Assembly: GCF_004010195.1 (NCBI RefSeq)
Contig: NC_057743.1
Coordinates: forward strand, 13,545,065-13,609,064
Source: Chiloscyllium plagiosum
Lineage: Eukaryota
Direction: 5' to 3'
Length of the DNA stretch: 64,000 bases
The notes under the pieces were generated by a model that had not been told where the DNA came from, did no database searches, and saw only the letters and a program-made list of their open reading frames with translations. Of the stretch, positions 11,966 through 25,183 are shown one piece after another; position 1 is the stretch's first letter, and every line of letters starts with the position of its first letter. The position numbers were made by a program, and so were the translations under genes.

Positions 11966-14063
11966 TGTGTGAGGTACTGGAAGGATCTGTATGAGATACT
12001 GGAAGGATTTTGTGAGGAAATGGAAGCATCTGTATGAGATACTGGAAGATTCTGTATGAGATACTGGGAACATCCGTGTGAGGTACTGGAAGGATCTGTA
12101 TGAGATCCTGGAAGGATTTATCTGAGGTACTGGAAGGAACTGTGTGAGATACTGGAAGGGTTTGTATGAGGTACTGGAAGGATCAGTGTGAGGTACTGGA
12201 AGGATCGGTGTGAGTTACTAGAAGGATATGTGTGAGGTACTGAAAGGATCTGGGTCAGGTACTGGAAAGATCTGTATGAGATACTGGAAAGATCTGTGTG
12301 AGGTACTGGAAGAATCTGTATGAAATACTGGAAGAATATGTGTGAGGTACTGAAAGGACCTGTATGAGGTACTGGAATGATCTATGTGAGATACTGGATC
12401 TGTCTGAGATACTGGAAAGATCAGTATGAGGTACTGGAAGGATCTCTGTGAGATACTGGAATGATCTGTATGAGATACTGGAAGGATCAGTGTGAGATAC
12501 TGGAAGGATCAGTGTGAGATACTGGAAGGATCTGTGTGAGATTCTGGAAGGATATGTGTGAGGTACTAGATGGGTCTGAGTCAGGTACTGGAAAGACCTG
12601 TATGAGATACTGGAAGGATCTGTATGAGATACAGGAAGGATCTGTGTGAGGTACTGGAAGGGTCTGTATGAGATACTGGAAAGGTCTGTCACTGGGTCTG
12701 GAAGGATCTTTGTGAGATTCTGGAAGATCTGTGTGAGAGACTGGAAGGATCTGTCTGTGTTACTGGAAGGATCTGCATGATGAATTGGAAGGATATGTAT
12801 GCGATACTAGAAGGGTCCCTGTGAGGTAATGGAAGGATCTGTATGAGATATTGGAAGGATCTGTGTGAGGTTCAGGAAGGATCTGTGTGAGGTACTGGAA
12901 GCATCTGTATGAGATACTGGAAGGATCTGTGTGAGGTTCTGGAGGGGTCTGTGTGAGATACTGGAAGGATCTGTGTGAGGTACTGGAAGCATCTGTATGA
13001 GATACTGGAAGGATCTGTGTGAGGTTCTGGAGGGGACTGTATGAGATACTGGAAGGATCTGTGTGAGATACTGGAAGGATTTGTGTGAGATACTGGAAGG
13101 ATCTGAGGGAGGTACTGGAAGGATCTGTATGAGATACTGGAAAATCCATATGAGGTACTGGAAGAATCTGTATGAGGTGCTGGAAGGATCTGTGTGTGGT
13201 ACTGGAGGCTCTGTGTGACCTACTGGAAGGATCAGTATGAGATACTGGAAGGATATGTGTGAGGTACTGGAAGGATCTGGGTCAGGTACTGGAAAGATCT
13301 GTGTGAGGTACTGGAAGGATCTGTGTGAGGTACTGGAAGGTTCTATACGAGGTACTGGAAGGATCTGTATGAGGTACTGGAAGGATCTGTATGAGATACT
13401 GGAAGGAACTGTGTGAGGTACTGGATGGACTGGAAGACAACACCTTCAGGAAGCTTTGGGAATTAAATGATTTGAAAAAAGTCAAATGCTTTAGTACTAT
13501 TCAGGTTTGAAACTGACAAATATCAAAACTTAGACTATATGTAGATCTGTTATTGTCCATAATAATAAAATCGTTTAAATCAGTGATGAAATAAAACTTT
13601 TACAATGGACGTGAAGCGTATACCTAGAATTTGAAAACCTCAGAGCATTATAATTTGAGTCTGAAAATAATTAGTTTTCTGCATTCTATCGTGTATCTGT
13701 TAGTAAACTAGTTTTAGTAATTTATCATGTTACATAATTTAGTTTTTTTAAATGATACTGAACAGTTTAACACAATGTGTTGAAACACTGGGTATAATTC
13801 AGTGTTGTGTTCATTCAACACTTTATTATGGCTCTCCAAATTAATTAAAGCACTTCAAATACAATGAATGTGTTTGAAGTACAATTCCTGTTCGTCGGAG
13901 CATCCACAACAGATATTTTGCATGCAGGAAGATCCTCTTAATAACAATTAGACTTGAATTTGTGCTTGTTGGTGCTGACTGAGGTACACACAGTGGGGGG
14001 CAGCCATGTTGCAAACACTTCATTTGAGACAAATTCCATACAAGGTCTTGTGAGCACAAACCA

Positions 14064-15620
14064 TGATGTCAGAAGAAACAATTGAGACTGAGAGTTGATG
14101 AGCTGGCAAAGAGCATAACCACTAACATGGAAACAGCAATATGCAAGTAAAAAATGAAGTAAAAGGCAGCAGCTTAAAAATTGTAAGATACAATAGCAGG
14201 ATCTTTCTCTGTCTTCTCCATTTAAAATGCAAAGTGATATGAAGCATAACTGCCAGCTGTTACATGCACAATAGCAAAATTATGACAGACCTGTTTAACA
14301 AGCCAGAGCACCTAAGAGTATCTACACTCTTAACATTGTTGCGAAGATAATTCCACCCTAAATCTCTCTGAAGGACAAAAGATATTTTGAAAGCCTTGAA
14401 GACATTTTGACGCTTTGAACCCAAAGTGGGCAGCACAGTGGCTCAGTGGTTAGCACTGCAATCTCACAGCACTGGATTCAATTCCAGCCTTGGGTGACTG
14501 TCTGTGTGGAGTTTGCACATTCGCCTGCGTGCGTTTCTTCCGGGTGCTCTGGTTTCCTCCCACAGTCCAAAGATATGCAGGTCAGGTGAGTTGGCCATGC
14601 TAAAATTGCCCGTAGTGTTAGGTGCATTAGTCAGAGGGAAATGGGTCTGGATGGGTTAGTCTTCAGAGGGTCGGTGTGGACTTATTGGGCCAAAGGACCT
14701 GTTTCCACACTGTAGGGAATCTAATCTAATCTCATAATTTATGAATGGTAAATGTTCAATGTTATAGCCGAAAGTGGAAAGGATTTGATTGATCAATATA
14801 TGGCACAATTATTGCAGCTGTCAGAACCCTGTGAATTTGTACAACTAAGAGGTTATCTCATTAAAGGCTGGATGTATTAGGCATGAGAGAACTTCCATTG
14901 AAAGAATGTCTACTGAGAGAGGAGAAGCTTTTTCTCAGAAAAGCAATTGACATCAGCACAGCTGCTGGGACTGTAAATCAATAGCAAAGCGTATTAACAA
15001 CAGAAGTGGCTAGGCCTTGCAAAGGGCAGGGCAATCATGAAGAAAAGGCAAAATTCATATACTGTAGAAAACATCCTGCAAAGGAGAAGAAGGCATTTCC
15101 AGCCTGAAAAGCAATGTTCTTACTACAAGATTGCATACAAGTGCATGGCTAGATGAAAATACAACAAGCATAAACAAACAGCCACTGGAGAGATATCAGC
15201 TGAAGATTCTGGCAACCCCTCTCCATCATACAACAAGATGGTTCAGTCAGGCTGATGGATAATGATTGGTTAGTGACTATTGCAGAAGCAGCATATCTAG
15301 ATGCTATAAAATGAAAGTTTCGATAGTTAAGTTGAGACTATAGCATAATAGTTGTGCCAAGAGCACAGGTTACTCTGAGAACTCACTATAATGATGGGAA
15401 TGATGATCTGGAGTTCCAGATCATAGACACCAGGTAAAGGCACTCATCACAGCCAGACCAAGTCAACAGCTTGGACTGGTAACCCTCACTGTGCCAAATA
15501 AACTCCAACATGTTTCGGTGCACGGACACATTGACTGTGGGACAGATCCTACAGGGAAACAACCATGTGTTTCCAGGCTTGAGATGTATCCCTGGAGAAC
15601 ATAAGTCGACAAGGCTACTG
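14064..15620 (+). mobile_element. Degraded Gypsy LTR retrotransposon (PBS, gag, protease region)
   Basis: ca|tgatgtcagaag is close to a tRNA-Leu(CAA) PBS, TGGTGTCAGAAG. Broken frames give PFKMQSDMKHN, ILKAL, CEF.QL..YLI, LLREEKL..KAIDI, LEFQIIDT and FPGLRCIPGEH. Confidence 0.7.
14428..14732 (+). mobile_element. HE1-type SINE inserted in Gypsy gag
   Basis: Complete A/B boxes and ctaatctaatct tail; gag-like sequence resumes after it. Confidence 0.92.
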
Positions 15621-17061
15621 TCCTGTCAACCCAGAACAATTCTTCTCCTATAATGTTCCCCTGTTATAATAAAGATGATAACCTCCCCATTTTCCTTGAC
15701 CCCTGATTTTGGCCCTGTGTCCAGATCACAGACAACAAAAGTGGCACAAACTAACTCTGACTGGCATTGGTACTCAGTCTTTGACTCCATACCCACAATA
15801 CAGAAGTCATAGGCGATTATGGCACATTGTATCAGGACCTTCTACAAGTCCATGCTTTCTATTGAGTGCCTAATAAATTCAGAGAGTAGGGAGCCATACT
15901 GGATATTTCTACTGTGTAGAAATCCTCACTACAAATCAGGAACACATGCTCAATGACATATAGCTATACTCAGCTCACCAGGTATCAAGACAATTAACTA
16001 TTAGTGAGGAATTTGCACTGCACAGGACTATGTTACATTACCCAGCAATCACATATTACAATGGACTTTCATTCACTGCATTCATTGAGTTTATGCTGGT
16101 TCCTGTCACCACGAGATCATACTACTACTGGTCATGTTGAGTCCTAAAGTGAATGCTGTAATTTCTAAATGCTACCTGAATGCTGCTTTAGAAAAAATTT
16201 AATGATGTGACTTTAAGAAAATTGTCGCATTAGAGATTTGGGTTTAAATTTAGCCTGAAGAGATTGGAAGAAAGCTTTCTTTGTCCTTGACAGCTGAATA
16301 ATGTGGCATAGAAAATTACTTTGAGAGCACCTATCCTAATTGAATGAGAATGAGATGCCTGAGTTAAGGATTTCTTCAGACATCTCATAAAACTTTATAC
16401 TGAACCTGACCTATGGCCTGGAAAATATAATTGATGTTCGTGGCTTTAATGTGGAAAAGTATGACGTTCTACAAGTCTTTCTTCCCTCAGCTATCGCATA
16501 TATTCACAAACTCACAGATGTATAAGCTGTACCAAGAATTAGAAGGAAAGAAGTCAGGTAAGAACAATATCTCAGACACGCTTACCATTTAATGTCTAGC
16601 CTTGAGGGGAATGTTACCATGGCAGAGTGAGATTACAGTGGTATCTATCATGATGTTGCAGACTGTACTAGATTAGTCCATGAGCTGACTAACCACCCAC
16701 AGGATATCCAGGGATAAATGCTTGATATCCTACAAAGAAACTTTTTAAAGAAAGATTAGGATCCGTGAAAACTAGGAGGTGATTCTCCAGGATGGAGGTT
16801 TCCTGATCCTGATGACAATAATGTGTGTCACCTGCTCCTGTCCCTGAGCTTCACTATCTGACTTGAGTTCCCTGTACATAGTTCTGTGCACTCAGCTTTA
16901 ACCCGTCTCCCTGCTCTCGCTGCAACGCTCTTTGGGACTGTCAGCACGGTCGATGTCAAATATGAAGAGGCTTCTGGTGGGGTTTGATGTAGAGCGCACA
17001 GAACCGTCTTGGTGCTCATTCGCTCTATTTATTGCTGTGGCGCGGGTTTTTGTTATATATA

Positions 17062-17470
17062 GGACATGGGCATCACTGCCCATCCACAGCTGCCCTTGAG
17101 AGGGTGATAGCGAGTTGCTTTCTGAACCACTCCAGTCCACGTGCTGTATGTAGACTGTGAGTGATACAACTGAGTGGTTTGCTAGGCCATTTCAGTGGGC
17201 ATTTGAAAGTCAACCACATTGCTGTGGGTCTGGAGTCACGTGTAGGCAAGACCAGGTGAGGATGGCAGATTTCCTTCCTTGAAGGACAGTAGTGAGTTAA
17301 ATGGGCTCTTCTGACAATCGATAATGGAGTCATGGTCATCAGTAGATTATTAATTCCAGATACTTTTCTTAGTGAATTCAAATTCCACCATCTGCTGTGG
17401 CAGGATTCAAACCTCGGTCCCCAGAACATTAGATGAGTTTCTGGACTAATAGTCTAGTGATAATGCCACT
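17062..17470 (-). mobile_element. tRNA-derived SINE with RTE-X-type body and tail
   Basis: gtcaaccacattgctgtgggtctggagtcac...ggattcaaacctcggtccccagaacatt...ctagtgataatgccac. Confidence 0.75.
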
Positions 17471-17812
17471 TCACAATTGCATGATACAGAGGAGGGCTAA
17501 GCACAGTGGATCAGCAGCACAGAACCATTCCAACTCCAGCCTGATATAAGGAAGTACACATTGACATATGTCCCACACTGAAGCATCATGGCTAGGTGGT
17601 GATGTTGAGTACTCCCCAGTCTCAAACCAACTCCCCATGCAACCACGTACTGTCCAAAGAAAGTCTTGAAATTGCAGAAGAACATAGGACCAATAAGCAA
17701 AAAACTGCTCTCAAAAATGCCTTTCCGATAGACTCAATTAAAACTAGTCAGGGAAATGACAAGCACCATACTCCATCTGCAAAACCATCTATCAGAACTC
17801 ACTGCAGAGAAT

Positions 17813-17986
17813 AGGAGAAAGTGAGGACTGCAGATGCTGGAGATCAGAGTTGAGAGTGTGGTGCTGGAAAAGCACAACAGGTCAGGCAGCATCTGAGGAG
17901 CAGGAGAATCGACATTTCGGGCATTGATTCTCCTGCTCCTCGGATGCTGCCTGACCTGCTGTGCTTTTCCAGCACCACACTCTCAA
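17813..17986. mobile_element. PLE fold-back insertion, family A
   Basis: Inverted arms; TSD cactg(c/t)agagaat at 17800-17812 and 17987-17999. Confidence 0.88.
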
Positions 17987-19126
17987 CACTGTAGAGAATG
18001 TGTTTCAAAAACTGAGAGGAAATACAACCACGTCCAACCTGAGTATACCAAAGCCTCCACTCACTTTTTCATCTCCCCCATCCCTCCTGTGTAGACTCTA
18101 ACATAGATTTCTGTCTATGTTAGAGTCAAACTGCATCAGGGTTCCACCAGTGTGATATTGCTTATGATTTTGGACCACTTTCTCCTTTAAAAAGGTAAAC
18201 GCATGAAGACACTCGATCTGTTTGTGGTTGAATGGTTTGAACAAGCTTTCCATAATAATCGTGATAACACTTCCAGGAAATCAGCACTATCTCTGCTTCT
18301 GCACAGGGTAGGCTGGAATTGAAGGAATCTTGGGTGGAGAAGGGAGGGCTAGTCAAAGTATTGTGCGAGCTTTGCCTGTTGTTCATAAGTTGAACACAGT
18401 AGGGGCTAAATGGCTGGAGATGGTTAACGCACATAGTCCAGTACATAGTTACAAGCTCACCCTCTTGTCTTGGCTATCCAGGCCAATGATCATTTTTCTG
18501 ACATCAAGCTAAACACAGGTTGATGAAATTTGTTGGCTAACACCAAGTCCTTGCATTGTCTTTGAAAAATTCCAAACTTTCTTTCTCTTATATTGCTCTT
18601 CACTTCCAAAACTTTGACTTGATTACCTGTCCCTTTAATTTAATTAAACCCACTTGTGGGCAATTGTAATCCTAAGCTCTTTCTGTTTGTCATCCCATTC
18701 CTATCTCCTCTGCTGGTTCCACACATAAGGCTGAACGACCAGTGTAAATCTAGGGAGGGCAGTGCAAGCTTTGCATGATAGCTTAAAACACAGGTTGATT
18801 TCAGTGGAGACGTTAATCAGGAGGATTCACTAGCAGCCATTTTACAGGATCACATGAAGTATAAATGTGGGGTTTTCTCCTCCCTGAGGTCACAGGAATA
18901 TCATGCGTTAAAACAAAAATTAGATTGCCACTGCCGAGTTAAACTGTAACAATTCATCCTCCCTCTTTAGCTGGTGAGATCAGTTTTGAGAAACTTAGAT
19001 ACATGTATTTGCATCTCATTAATTAGTCCACTTGCCAGAAATAAGTTTATCTTTCCAATTGGGAAACTCAATTGCATAAACAAATGGGTACCAATCGAGT
19101 CGGGATCTCTGTCTCTAGTCCGGGTG

Positions 19127-19445
19127 AGATTAGATTGGTTACAGTGTGGAAACAGGCCATTCGGCCTAACAAGTCCACACCGACCCACCGAAGCGCAACC
19201 CACCCAGACCCATTCTCCTACATTTACCCCTTCACCTAATACTACGGGCAATTTAACATGGCCAATTCACCTGACCTGCACATTTTTGGACTGTGGGAGG
19301 AAACCGGAGCACCCGGAGGAAACCCACACAGAACACAGGGAGAATGTGCAAACTCCACACAGTCAGTCGCCTGAGGCGGGAATTGAACCCGGGTCTCTGG
19401 TGCTGTGAGGCAGCAGCGCTAACCACTGTGCCACCGTGCCGCCAC
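19127..19445 (-). mobile_element. HE1-type SINE (young, full length)
   Basis: CpG-rich copy nearly identical to 11724-11965 plus the head at 11246. Confidence 0.93.
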
Positions 19446-20639
19446 AAAGTTTTCATGGTTATGCTCCTTCTCGATACTTTTCACTGGAACTGTTACATCT
19501 GCCATCGCTGCTTCCATGTTGACAATGGCGCAATGTCTCCCTGGGGCATCATTCCAACCAACTGGACAACAATATACCACTGTCAGTTTCTCATGTGGCA
19601 CTTATGTGTGGAAAGAGAAACAGCAGTTAGTGCATGCAACAGTCATTGAAGAGGAAATGTGAGGGGCGTGGTGATACATGGTGTGGTGCTGTGCCAACAT
19701 CAAAGATGGTATAGGGCTAACAGTGTGCTCTAAATACACACTCTCTGTGCTTGAAGTGTATAGTGATATGCAAGGGGCATGCTGAGTGGGGCAAGGATGG
19801 ATTCTACTATGTCAGAGAGTACTGCCATGTTCAGTCCAAGGCATGGGACGTTTCTAGTCTTGTGGTTGATCACAGTCACTTATGGGTGGTCCAACCCATA
19901 TCTGGTGATATGTGCTGCTTCAGCCAGGGTCACTTGGTTGGGATGCTCTTGGAAAATCAGTCTAAGAGATGAGCTGTGGTCAGTCTGGGGATTGGGTTTG
20001 GCAGAAAGCTTCATGGCAGTTGTTTCATGCCAAGGCCACATGTATGCAGGTCTTGGGCTACCTTACATAAGGTCAGATGGACTGATGTTCCTGGAAAGGG
20101 ATATGCTTGAGAGTGAAGGAAATGTGACTCCAGTAATTGCTCGGATGCTCCGGTGAGGCTGGTGGGAAAGAGCTGACCTCTCAAGATACACAAAGGTACA
20201 GAATTGAATGCTTTGCCTGGGTGTAACATTGTCCTCTATGAGGGCATCATCTGGAGGAAGGATGTCAGGAGTGAAGCATGCTTCACTAAGATCTGCTTCA
20301 AGTTTAGAAAGAAGTTCATACCACTGCAGGAGAAAGCACAGACAGATGCATCTCCAGCAGCAACAACAACAGTGGATGCCACCATTTGGCCATTAGCCTC
20401 CAGAGGAAGAAGCAGCGTGACAGGGAGAGGAGAGGAGCTCTGGTGTGAAGCTATATCTTAACCACAGTTCCCCACAGATCACTAAGATCCAGTGCAGAAG
20501 CTGCCTCAGGATGTTTTAAGCCACACATTCCCATCCTGGGTGACATAACGGTAACAGCTTCCTCTCATTTCTTTGCAAGCATTTCCTCTTTCCTCTCGTT
20601 TCAGGGAATTACTGGGAATCTCAGCAGCATTCCACAGCC

Positions 20640-20870
20640 CTCAACTCATAAATGTATCTGGGGCATTTCTGATGGTAAAATAATTCATCTCACTTCCCCT
20701 TGACAGGACCATTAAAGCAGCATACATATTAGGATTCTCAGCTATCACTGACTGATCATAGTTGCAGGGATCATAGCAATCTGAGTGCCCTATCATGAAC
20801 CTAAAGTTTTCATGAGCAGAAAAGAATTCCATTCCCTTAATATTCAAATTACCTGTGACCAAGACCATTG
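20640..20870 (+). mobile_element. PIF/Harbinger transposase relic
   Basis: FMSRKEFHSLNIQITCDQ matches the HARBI1-like F.NRKG.HS.NVQ.VCD motif. Flanks (about 19450-21250) may be further Harbinger debris. Confidence 0.7.
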
Positions 20871-21329
20871 TAGAACAGACGGTAGACGTCCCGATATTGA
20901 GGTCCCAGTTCCTGGACTGATTCTGTGCAGCTCAGATAGCATCATGATGATCCACAATCTCAGTCACTAAAGGAGGGACCGGTGTTTGTGTTGGATGAGA
21001 ATAGTACAAGAGCGAGTGGAAACCTGTGAGAGAGAAGATGAGGATGAAGATTTTGAGACACACCAGGATGATCATCAAATGAGAAGAAAATTGTGCAATG
21101 GTCCACCTGAACAACTAGTGTGAACTTTACAGTCAGGACTACTTCCAGGATCACTGATCCATCTTGAGACATTTTCTGTTCCTGTTGTTATCTCATTTGT
21201 GCAGTTGGGTGTCAGCCATCTGTTGATGCATGCTACATTCTTCCAAGATTGACTTATTTTTCAACTTGATTGTCTGACACAATGAAATGTTTACTTTTGG
21301 TTTCAACTGTAGCCCTGAGGATTATTTTA

Positions 21330-21680
21330 TTCATTCATGGGACAGGGACATCAGTAGCTAGGCTAGCATTTATTGCCCATCCCTAAATGTCAGAGGACAA
21401 TTAAGAGTCAACCACATTGCAATGAGTCTGGACTCACATATAGTCCAGACCAGGTAAGGATGGCAGTGTCCTTCCCAGATGGGTATCAGTGAACCAGATA
21501 GGTTTGACCGACAATTGGTAATGGCTTTGTGGTCGCCATTAGAAACTTAATTCCAGATTTTAAAAAATTGAATTGAAATCCCACTTTCTGTCATAGTGAG
21601 GTTTGAACTCAGGTCCCCAGAACTTTACCTAGCTCTAGATTAACAGTCCAGTGATGATACCTTTAGGTGATCACCTTCCC
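21330..21680 (-). mobile_element. tRNA-derived SINE with RTE-X-type tail
   Basis: ctagcatttattgcccatccct...ttaagagtcaaccacattgc...tttgaactcaggtccccagaac. Confidence 0.75.
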
Positions 21681-22167
21681 TGATAGTCTGTCATCTGTAA
21701 AATTTTCAGGCTGCATGTAAACATTTTCCTGGATCAACATCAGCACTGAAATAGCTGCGGTCCAGTCAGTGCATCTGGGGCCAGGCATTTCCGGACATTT
21801 GAACTTAGATGGTCCTTTAAAAGAGATAATTCACATCAGGGAGCCAATTCCTTGGTGAATAACAGTGATTTGTCCCACATCCTGACTGTGTTCCTTATGC
21901 ACCTTACACCTTCACTATTTGTGCAGTATTGCAGAATGCGGTGAAACTTCAGTGAACCCATGCAACGTCGGAGTGCCCTCGCTCATAATGTCACCAGTTC
22001 TGTGAGCTGTGATGTGTTGCTCGGTTCTCTCCACAATCATGGTCATTTGATAAATGAGTTTCCCATTGCAAATTTCATAGCCTTGAATGTTATTGCATGG
22101 CTTTGAGAGCCCTGGATGTAGGACAGACCTTATCTTCCATGGAGCCTGGAGAAACATGAAAGATTCT

Positions 22168-22295
22168 AGTTTCTGAGGAAGGGTCATTTGACCCAAAATG
22201 TTAACTCCAATTTCTCTCCACAGATGCTGCCAGGCCCTCTGAGCTTTTCCAGTAAATTCTAGTTTTGTTTCTGATTAATAGCATCTGCATTTCTT
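22168..22295 (+). mobile_element. PLE pLTR, family C, single arm with decayed HHR
   Basis: ttCTGAGGAagggtcatttgacccAAAATGTTaac...cagatgctgccagg. Confidence 0.75.
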
Positions 22296-22654
22296 ATGAG
22301 AGATTCCACCATTGCTGTGATGAGATGCATGGGTTCCCAACTGGGCATTGTAGGCACTGGTTCCTCCTCTAAAGGCAATCCTTGCCCTCAAAATTCCACC
22401 ACACTCATCCATAGTGCCTTAACTACACTCTCCAACTGAGACATGAGCATCCCTGACAGAAGAGTCTGTCTCTAGTCATGTTTGCTGTTTATAACACCGG
22501 TATCAAGATGTGGCATTGGACATGCAGCACGTCCGATTGATGGTTAAAGGTGCTCCACATGTTTCAACTTTACCTGGTCTTACTTGGATAATAAAGCTAC
22601 AACAGATGTTAGAACACATCAAGTGAATATATATTTACATAAGTGCAGGTGAGC

Positions 22655-22880
22655 AATAGCGGTTGAACACTTGTGTCACCAATATACTCTCATCATCTTC
22701 CCCTGAAGCTCTTCAGCCACGTCCTGAAACAGACTCGCTACCACAGCCATATCTCCTTCCTCAGCAACTGCCTACGGAACCGACTGACCCTGCATGGACT
22801 CCGGACTACATTCAGACCAACACAATTTGGACCCAACCAGGACAACTGGTACCTGCAACAAATCCGAAGCCTCCCTTTCT
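22655..22880 (+). pseudogene. Penelope ORF N-terminal fragment
   Basis: LKLFSHVLKQTRYHSHISFLSNCLRNRLTLHGLRTTF resembles the PLE N-terminal FL..C.....P.GL motif. Confidence 0.6.
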
Positions 22881-25183
22881 CCTACATCATCTTCCCCAGC
22901 CAACTTGATGACCTCTTCCTCAAAGGGGATGAGCTTTCTCTTCATTGAGATAAAGCAAGTGAATGAGTGTAATGGAAATGGGTGCAGGGGCAATGAGGCA
23001 TCTTGTGCTACGCATGTTTCAGGGCTCTGAAGGTTGTGGTGAAGTACATAACAACATTGAATCCAATATCACTGAAAACACAAAGAGGTATAACGTTGTT
23101 AGCATTTTCTCAATACCAAGCAGTAAAAAACTGCCTGCATTTAATTCCTTAAAACTGAGGTCTTAATCCATGATTTTAAAAAGCTATTTGTGAACATTAA
23201 CCAACTTCTGGATTTTTTGCAAAGCAAAACACTGCAAATGCTGGAAACCAGGATTTAAAACAGAAAATGCTGTGAATGCTCAGCAAGTCTGACCACATTA
23301 GTCGAGACCCTAACCTTTATGCATTCCTCAGCGGTGACCACCTCTCCTAATGAAGCTCTTGATAACATTGCTAAGATGGTTCTATTGCTCGGAAGTGGAG
23401 CCCCAGGTCCAGTTTTATACCTGAGTTTGACACTCCTCATAAAATTCAGTCCCCGGTGACCCCAATTCAACACCTTCATTACTCTGCCCACTGAAGCATT
23501 TCCAGTATAACACCAGTCTCCTTTATTACAACACATTGTGTGAATAGTTGCTTTAATTTTGATGCAGCAGTACACAAATTGAAGTGAGCTGAAGCTACAA
23601 TGTTTTCAGTGAATTGAATTTGTGACCTCAGTATGATTTCTTACTCGACAAGATATATGATTGTTTGCTGGGACCTGATTGTAGTGAAGCTATTCACATC
23701 AATTTGTCAGGGTTGCATTGTAATGGAAATTTTTGTGTCTTTCTGACATACCATAGTAACAGCTTGAGAATAAATTGTCTACTTTCAACGATAGGAATAG
23801 CAAATGTAATTAGAAGAAATTAGAAATGTATTTAAAATTATACATTCTTTGTGACCATCAATAAAGATAGATGTTACATCAGGAGTTCCAATTGATACAA
23901 AACCATTTGGCAAGTATGAGCCCAGGCACTCTTTGTCTGTGAGAACTTCAATTAATCCTGTGCTCTTTTGGAGTATCTCATGTAAAATAATATCAACGTT
24001 GGAAACATGAATGCTTTCATCTCTCAAACACTTCCAGGGCTGGAACAATCAAACCTCGGGGATTGCTCATACTGTGGAAAGAGATATTAAGGGAGTGGTG
24101 GATAAAAGTGTTGGTTTTCAGCCACATTCACTTGACCTGAAAGCATGGAGTCAAAGAGACGTACAGCACGGAAACAGACCCTTCGGTCCAACTTGTCCAT
24201 GCTGATCAGATAACCTAACCTAATCTATTCCCATTTGCCAGCACTTGGCCCATATCCCTCCAAACCCTTCCTATTCATATACCCATCCAAATGCCTCTTA
24301 AATGTTGCAATTGTACCAGCCTCCACCACTTCCTCTGGCATCCCATTCCATACCCGTACCACCCTCTGCGTGAAAAAGCTGCCTCTTAGTTCCTTTTATA
24401 TCTGTCCCCTCTCACCCTAAACCTATGCCCTCTAGTTCTGGACTCCCTCACCCCAGGGAAAAGAACTTGTTGATTTATCCTATCCAGGCTCCTCATGATT
24501 TTATATACCTCTATAAGGTCACCCTCAGCCTCCGACGCTCCAGGGAGCCTATTCAGCCTCTCTCTATAGCTGAAATTCGTCCAACCCTGGCAACATACTT
24601 ATAAATATTTTCTGAACCCTTTCAAGTTTCACAACATCTTTCTGATAGGAAGGAGACCAGAGTTGCATGCAAAGTTCCAACAGTGGCCTAACCAATGTCC
24701 TGTACGGCTGCAACATGACCTCCCAGCTCCTGTACTCAATACTCTGACCAATAAAGGAAAGCATATCAAATGCCTTCTTCACTATCCTATCTACATGCGA
24801 TTCTACTTTCAAGGAACTATGAACCTGCACTCCAAGGTTTCTTTGTTCAGCAAAACTCCCCAGGACCTTGCCATTAAGTGTATCAGTCCTGCTCTGATTT
24901 GCTTTTCCAAAATGCAGCACCTCGCATTCATCTGAATTAAACTCCATCTGCCACTTCTCAGCACATTGGCCCATCTGATCAAGATCCTGTTGTAATCTGA
25001 AGTAACTTTCTTCGCTGTCCACTACACCTCCAATTTTGGTGTCATCTGCAATGTTACTAACTATACCTCATATATTCATATCCAAATCATTTATATAAAT
25101 GAGGAAAAGTAGTGGACTCAGCACCAATCCTTGTGGCGCATCACTGATCACAAGCCTCCAGTCTGAAAAGTAACCCTCTGCCA

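Larger units (their letters stand above)
7735..13430 (+). repeat. 22-bp tandem satellite (CTGGAAGGATCTGTGTGAGGTA), about 230 units, with a 440-bp higher-order repeat
   Basis: 22-bp periodicity is directly visible. Marker ATGATCAATAC recurs at 7946, 8386 and 8826. Interrupted by SINE pieces and an N gap. Confidence 0.97.

Noticed and set aside
7735-13430. CRISPR-like array
   Set aside because: Units are contiguous with no unique spacers; eukaryotic context and no cas genes.
7733-13485. Many ORFs with THTDPSSTSHRSFQYLTQILPV repeats
   Set aside because: They result from a stop-free 22-bp unit (3 units = 22 aa); frames break randomly and there is no gene structure.
14428-14500. tRNA genes at A/B-box motifs
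   Set aside because: All such motifs are SINE heads followed by SINE bodies.
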